Origin: Amphiscolops sp. MND2022
Taxonomy: Eukaryota
Direction of reading: 5' to 3'
Assembly: GCA_964187785.1 (NCBI GenBank)
Contig: OZ076409.1
Span: 25,980,001-26,044,000 of the forward strand
Length of the DNA stretch: 64,000 bases
The translations under genes were made by a program, and so were the position numbers. The notes beneath the pieces are model-generated. The model did no database searches and was not told the DNA's origin. It saw only the letters and a list, made by a program, of their open reading frames with translations. Positions 1 through 9,792 of the stretch are shown here, piece after piece. How positions within the stretch are numbered: position 1 is the first letter of the stretch; every line of letters begins with the position of its first letter.

Positions 1-1169
1 TGTTGAGAGTAACAGATTATATTGACAAAGACAACATTTTTGACGAAGAATATTCTGCGGCTTTTTATGACTCAACATGGTTGACAATTTTTGAACTATC
101 AATTCTTTATTTTTATGATTTGGCACGATTAACAGGAAAAATGACGGAAATTCACGGAGCACACCATGTCAACTTCACGTTCTTTCATGTTCTAAGTGGA
201 GATGTTTTGTACTTCCCGTAACTTTACGCAGATTTTTTTAAACAATTATTGTATGAAACTATAAATAACTGAAGTAGTAACTTTCCGACCACTTCGCCTA
301 GTAGCTATTATGTGATGCCTGGAAGCGGGAGCCGTATCTTCGATTCCCACAGACTGTTTTCATGTTTGCAAAGCTAGATAACAACACAGGGTGAACCCTT
401 TAGATTTGTTTGAGCTCTGCGACTTTTTTTGAATTTTAGAGCAAGAGTCCTCGTTTGTTTTTTTTCTCATTTTCTCGAGGAACAAAAAGTTTCAACTTTT
501 CTGCCTGAAACTGCAAGTTGATGCAGGAAAACGGAAAGCACTTTAGATTTACGTAGCCTACTATGATGATGATAAAAATTTCTTGAAGATTGTTTTTGAG
601 CATATTTGAAAAGTTTTGTATTTATTGAACCTTCGCTGAATAGTGCCGTTCCCACTTGTTTCGAACTTAACTTAATACCAAATTATTAAAGTTTTTCCCG
701 ATTAGGCTTTGACAAAGAGAAGATAGCTGAAATAATTTCCAAATTGTCAGTTTGGAACTCTATTGCATGATTTTTGAAGAGGTATTTTTTTAGTTAGGAC
801 AATTTCTTTGTTCGAGAAGCCACTATTTGCTGGCCATGATTCACATGTATGATGAAATATAAAAGCACAGTTAAAAAATTAAAGATAATTATAAAATAAA
901 ACACAGTTTTATTCTGAAAAAGACTTTCTGAACCAAACGTTTACTTTTTTCATATCGGCAAAGAGAATGAAACCATTGGAAGAGTGGGCAATTTTGTGAA
1001 ATGAGGTATATCCGAGGCAGTAGGATATGAAAAGGGGTTCATCGACATTTCAGGCAGATTTCTATGAAGATTAGAAAACAATCATTCTGCATCAAAAATT
1101 CTAAACAAATTTTCATCTTATCGGTTTGTTATGCTTTCAGAAACGAGAACAGACGTAGGGGCTTGGGAC

Positions 1170-1715
1170 GTGGGCACAAACTACGATCTAAGGAATAAGA
1201 TCGAAACGCACTTCTGTAACTAAGATCTAAAGAACTAAGATCTAAATGTCATTTTTCGTAACTAAGATCTAGAGAATGCCAGCTCCCGAATCGTACCGAA
1301 AGTCTAAATTTCAGACGTTATTCCCGTTTTAATTTCCGTTATTCCCATTTTTTAGATGTTACGGTAAAGTATAAAATGCTTTAAAGTATAAAACGTGCCT
1401 CAGATATGTCCCAATTTCCTCTAGTGCCCTGCGGCCCCTTGGGGCCGCTTATGTTCCCATCTTGCTAAGCGAGGTCGAACAGGAGCAAAGACCTAGCGGG
1501 AACGGAGATCGCGAAGCGATCGTAGTGGGAGCTGGTCTTTGCGACGGTGAGGGCGAGCGTGCATACACCGTATATGACCCCACATTATTCCTTAGACGTT
1601 ATTTTAATTCAATTTAGACCTTAGTTACGGTGCATGCTTTTTAGATCTTAGTTCTTTAGATCTTAGTTACGAAATTTCTTTAGATCTTATTCCTTAGACC
1701 TTAGTTGCGGTCCCC
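1170..1715 (+). mobile_element. Foldback/MULE-like MITE, arm family A (TAAGATCTA repeats), copy 1, carrying the conserved core
   Basis: Imperfect TIRs gtgggcacaaactacgatctaaggaataagatc / gatcttattccttagaccttagttgcggtcccc; 9-bp TSD gcttgggac at 1161-1169 and 1716-1724. Confidence 0.8.
1421..1585 (+). repeat. Conserved ~165-bp GC-rich structured core, candidate ncRNA; other copies at 3535-3698, 4586-4749, 6657-6821, 7762-7925, 8671-8833 and a half copy at 1976
   Basis: Near-identical ctagtgccccgcggccccttggggccgc...gcatatgccccacat set inside different arm families; several stems; upstream TATAAAA. Confidence 0.85.
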
Positions 1716-2390
1716 GCTTGGGACGTGGGCACAAACTACGATCTAAGGAATAAGATCGAAACGCACTTCTGTAACTAAGATCTAAAGAACTAAGATCTAA
1801 ATGTCATTTTTCGTAACTAAGATCTAGAGAATGCCAGCTCCCGAATCGTACCGAAAGTCTAAATTTCAGACGTTATTCCCGTTTTAATTTCCGTTATTCC
1901 CATTTTTTAGATGTTACGGTAAAGTATAAAATGCTTTAAAGTATAAAACGTGCCTCAGATATGTCCCAATTTCCTCTAGTGCCCTGCGGCCCCAAGGGGC
2001 CGCGGGGCACTAGACGAAATGGGGACATATCCGAGGCACGATATATGTAATATATTTTTTTTCCGTAATTTTTCGATCTTATTCCATTCGATCTTATTCC
2101 ATTCGATCTTAGGCGATGAACGATTTCATTCGATCTTATTCCGTTCGATCTTATTCCATTTTCGTATTTTCGATCTTATTCTTTCGATCTTATTCCGTTC
2201 TCCTAGCAGGAATAACGTCTAAGGAACAACGTCTAAGGAATAACGTCTAAAGCCAAGTCATGCTCAGTCATGCTTATTCCCAATCTTAATACATTGGATT
2301 TTAGACGTTATTCCTTTAGACGTTATTCCCGAAACACTTTTAGACGTTATTCTTTAGACGTTATTCGCGCCCCTAAGGGGAGCGGAATAA

Positions 2391-3189
2391 ATGGGCTACA
2401 TCAGGGCTGCCCAAAAATTAATTGATTGAAAATTAATTGCAATTAATTGCTAGAAATTAATTGATTGCTAGAATTTGCAATTAAAATTAATTAATTTTTT
2501 CGTTCCAATTAATTGCAATTAATTGGTGTAATACATGTATTTCATGCATTTGCAACTTGCAAGTGAATCTGCTGCATATTCATTCGGTGATTTCCGTCAA
2601 AGTCTGCTACCAATGAATTTGGAGATGCAACTTTTCCTAAAGATGAATAAAAGATTTTGGGACGAACAAATTCTTGCATCAATTGTTGCTTGAATTCATT
2701 ATTGTGATTAATAGTTTTGTTGTTACTTAATAGAGTAGAGATACAATTAACTGCAATTAATTGCAGTTAATTAATTTTTCAGAAGAGCAATTAAAATTAA
2801 TTGATTTTCATTGTTGAAGTGGCAGCAATTAATTGCAATTAATTTTTGGGCACCCCTGGGCTACATCATGGCCTCTGCCGAAAAGAAAACTGTTATGGAC
2901 CCCAAGATGATGAACACCCCTGTACTTGTGATGAATGCGGAGAAAACTGTGAGAATCCCAATCATTTGGAAGACTGCTCTGGGCTTAATTCATCAGATAC
3001 CCTCAAAAAACTGCGGCTAATCTACGATAAAATAGAACCCAGGAAAATACCAACCGATTAATTTCATTTTAGTTTAAATAGTTTACGCTCAATGCATACT
3101 GTATATTTATGCACGTGCTTTATGTTATTTTATGTTCTTCCTACAAGTTGTCTTTATAAAGACGTGAATTCAATTGTTCTGTTCTGTTC
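2391..3189 (+). mobile_element. 5'-truncated non-LTR retrotransposon 3' end (Cys/His C-terminal domain plus 3' UTR), interrupted by the hAT MITE
   Basis: 15-bp TSD aggggagcggaataa at 2376-2390 and 3190-3204; ORF ...HHGLCRKENCYG...CTCDECGENC...NHLEDC; tail ataaagacgtgaatt..(gttct)n. Confidence 0.72.
2402..2858. mobile_element. hAT-type MITE
   Basis: TIRs cagggctgcccaaaaattaattg / caattaatttttgggcacccctg; perfect 8-bp TSD ggctacat at 2394-2401 and 2859-2866; internal AATTAATTG repeats. Confidence 0.88.
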
Positions 3190-3887
3190 AGGGGAGCGGA
3201 ATAATATGTGGGCACAAACTAGGGGAAACGGAAATCGGACTGAGGAAATTGAACTAATGGAATTAGGACTAACATGCTCAAAATTTCTGAAACGTTCATG
3301 TGAAATAGAACTAATTTCGTATTTTTTCAAACAGGAATTTGATCTAATTTGTTACGGGAATTGGAACTAAAAACAGGAATTAGAACTAATTTGTTACGGA
3401 AATTGGAACTAAAAAAGTGGGAATAAGACCTAAAATGCTGAATGAGACCCAAGGGGAGAACGGAATAGTATCTAAAGAAATAATATCTAAAGTTTTTCAA
3501 AGTATAAAAGGTGCCTTTGAAATTTTCCTTTCCTCTAGTGCCCCGCGGCCCCTTGGGGCCGCTTATGTTCCCATCTTGCTAAGCGAGGTCGAACAGTAGC
3601 AAAGACCTAGCGGGAACGGAGATCGCGAAGCGATCGTAGTGGGAGCTGATCTTTGCGACGGTGAGGGCGAACGTGCATACACAGCATATGCCCCACATTG
3701 AAATTTCGCTTTCAGAAAGTCCACATGTATTGAATTTCCCTTTTTGTTTGTTTTGATGGTCCAGTAAATATGTCCTTCGCATTTTAGACCTTAGTTACGG
3801 TGCATTCTTTTTAGATCTTAGTTCTTTAGATCTTAGTTACGAAAATTCTTTAGATCTTATTCCTTAGACCTTAGTTTCGGTCCCCGC

Positions 3888-4230
3888 TTGGGACACCATG
3901 GTTTATGTCAGAGGAAAGGATGTTATGGGGCAAACAGAGACGAGGAGATATGTATATGTGAGCTGTGTAGTCAAAACTGTGGGGATGACAACCATTTAGA
4001 GGAATGCCCAAGCTTAAATGACACAGATTTCTTCAAAAAACTGCGCTATGTTTACGCAAGAACATTATCTATATGACAGTTTACTTTATTTCTTTTTCAA
4101 TACTGTACTTTTTCATTATTGCACGTGTTATATTTTAAATACTTTCTCACCACTTGAAGTACCCAACATTTGTACACTTTATCTTTCAGTTGTCTTATGA
4201 ATAAGACGTGAATTTATCTTATCCTATCCT
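3888..4230 (+). mobile_element. Second 5'-truncated non-LTR retrotransposon 3' end; its first 7 nt lie at 1163-1169
   Basis: 15-bp TSD aacagacgtaggggc at 1148-1162 and 4231-4245; ORF GHHGLCQRKGCYG...CICELCSQNC...NHLEECP; tail ataagacgtgaatt..(atcct)n. Confidence 0.72.
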
Positions 4231-4238
4231 AACAGACG

Positions 4239-5186
4239 TAGGGGCGGGAATAACGTCTAAGGATTAACGTCTAAAGGAATAACGTCTAAATTTTACTCAT
4301 TTTTCGGGAATAACGTCTAAAGATTTAGACGTTATTCCCATTTTTTTAGATGTTATTCCCGATTTTGAAATATTGTTTCTTGTGCTGAAAAGTTCTTCCC
4401 TTGGTCTAGTTTTCAGGTAATAACGTACAAAATCCAGAAAAAACGCCCAAAATATCCGAAAGTCATCGAAATACGACTGAGAAACAGGAAAAACAAATTA
4501 AATTGGAAAAAATAAATCGTTTCAGATCTAAAATTAAAAAGTGATATATAATATAAAACGTGCTTCGGATATGTCCCCATTCCTTCTAGTGCCCCGCGGC
4601 CCCTTGGGGCCGCTTATGTTCCCATCTTGCTAAGCGAGGTCGAACAGGAGTAAAGACCTAGCGGGAACGGAGATCGCGAAGCGATCGTAGTGGGAGCTGG
4701 TCTTTGCGACGGTGAGGGCGAGCGTGCATACACCGCATATGCCCCACATTTTGATTTTTCGCTTTCAGAAAGCCTTTTTCGAAACAGGAATAACGTATAG
4801 AACTTTAGACGCTAGTCTCAAAAAATGATTTATTTTAGACGTTATTCCCGTTTTATATTTAGATGTTATTCCCCAGACGTTCTTCCCGCTGCCACGTATT
4901 TTGATGATTTTTTTGCTATTTTAGACGTTTTTGCCAATCTTAGACGTTATTACCGTTTTCAAACGTATTTTGATCGTTTTTTGACATTTTAGGCGTATGT
5001 CGTTTTTAGACGTTATTCCTCTTTTTAGACGTTATTCCGCTTTTTAGACGTTATTCCACTTTTTAGACGTTATTCCCGTTTTTTTAGACGTTATTCCCGT
5101 TCATTTCAGATTTAGATGTTATTCCTTTAGACGTTATTCCCGGTGGACTTTTAGACGTTATTCCTTAGACGTTATTCCTGTTCCCC
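4239..5186 (+). mobile_element. Foldback/MULE-like MITE, arm family B (TAGACGTTATTCC repeats), copy 1, carrying the core
   Basis: Left arm (GGAATAACGTCTAA)n, right arm (TTAGACGTTATTCC)n; 9-bp TSD gaacagacg at 1147-1155 and 5187-5195. Confidence 0.8.
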
Positions 5187-5209
5187 GAACAGACGTAGGG
5201 GCGGGAATA

Positions 5210-7286
5210 GGGGAAACGGACCCATATCAAACATACCTGTCCATATCAAACTGATCGATATGTCCAAAGCATTTGACAATGTATGTCGAACCTCGCTCAA
5301 AGAAATGTGCAAATGTATTATGGATGACACCAGTTTCACTCTCTTAGAGCTCCTACTCGACCGCATTGATGTAAAAGTGCGAGTTGGAAACCATCACAGC
5401 AAAATTTTTACGACGAATAAAGGCGTGCCTCAAGGGGATGCTCTCAGTCCCATACTGTTCATTTTATACCTGTCGAACACACTAGCAGGAGTCTTCATAG
5501 CCCCAGAAGAGCGAGATCATGACTACGGAAACCCAGGGATTCGGTTCTCAGATGACCCCTCTTTGTCAGTGATCACTCTCCAATATGCTGATGATATCGC
5601 ATATATCGACCGAGACCTTGAAAAACTAAACCAAAAAATGTATAAGGACTCAAAAAATCTTGCACGAGCTGGCTTGACCGTTAATCACAGCAAAACAGAA
5701 GTTAGAACCTTCGTTTCAGGGCAACTGAGACCTCCCAACCTCAAATATTTAGGCTCCCACATCGACACAGACGAAGACATCACGAATCGACAGCGATTAA
5801 CATGGGCTGCAATGGCAAAATTGAGACAAATACGAAAAAATGCAGACATACCAACGCTGGAGACAATTTGGAAATCGCTATTAGAACCTATTTTTCTCTA
5901 TAACAGCGAATTATGGTCACTGACCAAAACCAGAGAGAAAAAAGTCGATGTCATGCAACGAAAGTTCATTAGAATACTCCTGTCAATAAAGCTGATAGAC
6001 AAAATCAAGAATGAGGAATTGTACAGACGATTAAATACAGAGCCATGGTCGTCAGCCATCCAAAAACGACGGCTGAGATTCTTTGGGCACATAACTAGAC
6101 TCTCATCTGAAACCCCAGTTCGAAGATGTCTCCACCAAACATCAACCAGATGGGGCAAATCAAAGGGAGCAGCCCGACTGACATGGAAGAAACTTATTAC
6201 AACCGATTTGGCGCCATATGATATCAACCCAGATGACCAGACAACATGGGAGTCGCTGAGGAAGAGAAATGTAAACTTCTGATCTGATTGAATGAACAAT
6301 GCCCTCGGGCGTATATGTTAATTAGATGATGATGATGATGAGGGGAAACGGAAATCGGACTAAAGAAATTGAACTAATGGAATTAGGACTAACATGCTCA
6401 AAATTTCTGAAACCTTCATGTGAAATAGAACTAATTTCGTATTTTCTCAAACAGGAATTAGAACTAATTTGTTACGGGAATTGGAACTAAAACAGGAATT
6501 AGAACTAATTTGTTACGGGAATTGGAACTAAAAAAAGTGGGAATAAGACCTAAAATGCGGAATGAGACCCAAGGGGAGAACGGAATAGTATCTAAAGGAA
6601 TAATATCTAAAATTTTTCAAAGTATAAAACGTGCCTCTGATATTTCCTCATTTCCTCTAGTGCCCCGCGGCCCCTTGGGGCCGCTTATGTTACCATCTTG
6701 CTAAGCGAGGTCGAACAGGAGCAAAGACCTAGCGGGAACGGAGATCGCGAAGCGATCGTAGTGGGAGCTGGTCTTCGCGACGGTGAGGGCGAGCGTGCAT
6801 ACACCGAATATGCCCCCACATTAGAAGGGGAAAGTACTGAAAATTTTGTGAGTCATTTACGAAACATAAAATTTTATTCTTCAATAAAATGATTTGAGAT
6901 CTGACTATTTTATAAAATCAATGGAAGGAGAAAAATAATGATTGTATCAATTTTTTATTGATCAATTGTATTACGTTACTTTTGTACTACTTTCATTGTA
7001 CTACCACAAAATTTGAATTTTGTACCATGTTTTTATCCGCTTCTGCGTTTTTTTTGTTGTACCTTTTTTTATGTTGGATGTTTACAATTGAACATGTCGT
7101 GATTTTGTCAATTCGATCTACGTAATTGCAAATTTTCCGTGCCAAAAGTTGTTTTAGTCCTATTTCAATCAGTCCTATTTCCATTAGTTCTAAGGCGGCA
7201 CTAAAAAAGAATTAGTCCTATTTCCATTAGTCCTATTTCAGTTGTGATTATTAGTCCTCCTTCATTAGTCCGAATTCCTGTCTCCC
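5210..7286 (+). mobile_element. Foldback/MULE-like MITE, arm family C (GAACTAA/GGACTAA repeats), carrying the core and interrupted by an RTE LINE
   Basis: TIRs ggggaaacggaaatcggactaa / ttagtccgaattcctgtctccc; 9-bp TSD gcgggaata (5201-5209) / gcggtaata (7287-7295). Confidence 0.8.
5221..6340 (+). mobile_element. 5'-truncated RTE-clade LINE; RT C-terminal half with an open 340-aa frame at 5260-6282
   Basis: DMSKAFD, GVPQGDALSPILF, QYADD, KYLGS, RRLRFFGHITR; (GAT)n tail; TSD aggggaaacgga at 5209-5220 and 6341-6352. Confidence 0.9.
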
Positions 7287-8399
7287 GCGGTAATAACGTC
7301 TAAGGAATAACGTCTAAAGGAATAACGTCTAAATTTTACTCATTTTTCAGGAATAACGTCTAAAGATTTAGACGTTATTCCCGTTTTTTTAGATGTTATT
7401 CCCGATTTTGAAATATTGTTTCTCGTGCTGAAAAGCTCTTCCCTTGCTCTAGTTTTCAGGAATGAACTATGTAACAATCGAAAGCCACGGAATACGAGCA
7501 AAAGTCTATGTGTCTGATGGGTATTTGTACCTAAATCGACAAACAGGCCAAAATATTTAAAAAAAACTATGTAAAAACGTCCGAAAAAAAGGAATAACGT
7601 ATAAAATCCAGAAAAAACGCCCAAAATATCCGAAAGTCATCGAAATACGACTGAGAAACGGGAAAAACAAATTAAATTGGGAAAAAAAGAAATCGTTTAA
7701 GATCTAAAACTAGAAAGTGATATTAAATATAAAACGTGCCTCGGATTTGTCCCCATTCCTTCTAGTGCCCCGCGGCCCCTTGGGGCCGCTTATGTTCCCA
7801 TCTTGCTAAGCGAGGTCGAACAGGAGCAAAGACCTAGCGGGAACGGAGATCGCGAAGCGATCGTAGTGGGAGCTGGTCTTTGCGACGGTGAGGGCGAGCG
7901 TGCATACACCGCATATGCCCCACATTTTGATATTTTCGCTTTCAGAAAGCCTTTTTCGAAACAGGAATAACGTCTAAAACTTTAGACGCTAGTCTCAAAA
8001 AATGATTTATTTTAGACGTTATTCCCGTTTTGTATTTAGATGTTATTCCACAGACGTTCTTCCCGCTGCCACGTATTTTGATGATTTTTTGACATTTTAG
8101 ACGTTTTTGCCAATTTTAGACGTTATTCCCGTTTTTCAGACGTATTTTGATCGTTTTTTGACATTTTAAACGTGTGTCAGTTTTAGACGTTATTCCTCTT
8201 TTTAGACGTTATTCCGCTTTTTAGACGTTATTCCACTTTTTAGACGTTATTCCCGTTTTTTTAGACGTTATTCCCGTTCATTTCAGATTTAGATGTTATT
8301 CCTTTAGACGTTATTCCCGGTGGACTTTTAGACGTTATTCCTTAGACGTTATTCCTGCTCCCCGAACAGACGATGGGAACGGAATGGGAGAGGGGAATG

Positions 8400-9140
8400 G
8401 CGAAACGGAAATCGGACTAAAGAAATAGAACTAATAGAATTAGGACTAACATGCTCAAAATTTCTGAAACGTTCATGTGAAATAGAACTAATTTCGTATA
8501 TTCTCAAACAGGAATTAGAACTAATTTGTTACGGGAATTGGAACTAAAAAAGTGGGAATAAGACCTAAAATGCGGAATGAGACCCAAGGGAGAACGGACT
8601 AGTATCTGAAGGAATAATATCTAATGTTTTTCAAGGTATAAAACGTGCCTCTGATATTTCCCCATTTCCTTTAGTGCCCCTTGGGGCCGCTTATGTTCTC
8701 ATCTTGGTAAGCGAGGTCGAACAGGAGCAAAGACATAGCAGGAACGAAGATCGCGAATGAGATAGCGATCGTAGTGGGAGCTTGTCTTTGCGACGGTGAG
8801 GGCGAGCGTGCATACACCATATATGCTTCACAATAGGTGGGGAAAGTACTGAAAAATTTTGTAAGACCTTTACGAAAGTTTTATTTTCTTCTCAAATAAA
8901 ATGATTTGGGCTCTGACGATTTTATAAATTATAGAAATCAATAATTGAGAAGTTTGTAATTGAATGTTTATTTGTGTGGATTACCTCAATTCCATCAGCT
9001 TGAGATTTGTTTCTGAAGATTTGGTAATAAATTCTGGCTTCTAACGTTCCCTGGAAAACGATTTTTTAGGTCTTGTTCAACTAGTTTTTGATTTTAGGTC
9101 TTATTCCTTTTGAAACTTTAGGTCTTATTCCCGGTTACCG
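8400..9140 (+). mobile_element. Diverged family-C left arm, core, and a different right arm (TAGGTCTTATTCC repeats)
   Basis: Homologous to 6343-6920 on the left and centre; right end differs; boundaries approximate. Confidence 0.65.
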
Positions 9141-9421
9141 GACGATGCGAGCTGGAAGGGAGAACGTTGTAAAATATAATTCCCAGAATCTAATTCATTA
9201 AGATTTTAAAAAATAACACTCAACGCTCAAAAAAGGACGTAGATCTTAGGAATTAGATAAGATCTAAATAATAATATCTAAAACTGGGGAGTAGGAAAAA
9301 CGTCTGAAGGAGTAACGTCTAAAATTCAATGTAAAAAGATTGGGAATAAGCATGATTGAGCCTTGGCTTTAGACGTTATTCCTGCTCCATCTGTCATGCT
9401 TATTCTCCAATCCTAATACAT

Positions 9422-9568
9422 CTTGTTACTGGTCTACTGGTATAGTGGCTGGTATGGGGTTCCCTACTTTCGTTGCAGACCACGGGTGTGTGTCTTCTCC
9501 CCCCAAAATGATGATACACATGGCACTTGATTGATGACGAAGATCCATGATATCTGATAGAGGAAAAA
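9422..9568 (+). mobile_element. Short A-tailed retroposed insertion in a family-B mini element
   Basis: TSD aatacat at 9415-9421 and 9569-9575; the empty site taatacattggatt is seen at ~2288. Confidence 0.6.
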
Positions 9569-9792
9569 AATACATTGGATTTTAGACGTTATTCCCGAAA
9601 CACTTAAAGACGTTATTCCTTAGACGTTATTCGCTCCCTAAAAATTTTTGACTTCGAAAAGGGGAATAAGATCCAAAATTGACTTTAAAAAAGATCCAAA
9701 CTTGCAAAATTGAAAAAAAAACATGATCAGTTCTCAAAATCTATATTAATTAAAGTTCAGTTGAGTGTGATTTCAAGAATTAGACGTCATTC

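Larger units (their letters stand above)
1725..3885 (+). mobile_element. Composite family-A element with internal inversion, nested LINE fragment, hAT MITE and a family-C arm
   Basis: Same left end as 1170; family-A right end at 3885 followed by a third gcttgggac (3886-3894). Confidence 0.7.
5196..8363 (+). mobile_element. Family-B MITE copy 2, interrupted after 14 bp by a family-C MITE; body resumes at 7296
   Basis: 7296-8363 is near-identical to 4253-5186 apart from an extra ~130 bp; gaacagacg recurs at 8364-8372. Confidence 0.8.

Noticed and set aside
1421..1448. Canonical Helitron 3' end on the minus strand (hairpin plus CTAG)
   Set aside because: CTAG is followed by A rather than the T of an A/T target, and homology continues beyond CTAG in all copies. 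Kept only as an alternative hypothesis.
1421..1585. Core as a hammerhead ribozyme, U1/U6 snRNA, tRNA or 7SK
   Set aside because: I saw no CUGANGA/GAAA core, no ACTTACCTG or ACAGAGA box, and no A/B boxes. The GATC..GATC stem and GTGAGGGCGA recall 7SK only superficially, which is too weak to call.
4246..5186. Arrays of TTAGACGTTATTCC repeats as a CRISPR array
   Set aside because: Repeats are ~13 bp with 0-20 bp irregular spacers, inverted between arms and bounded by TSDs. The context is eukaryotic with no cas genes. These are foldback-transposon subterminal repeats.
6510..6892. Short ORFs (60-70 aa) overlapping the core and arms
   Set aside because: Frames are not preserved between copies and there are no recognisable domains
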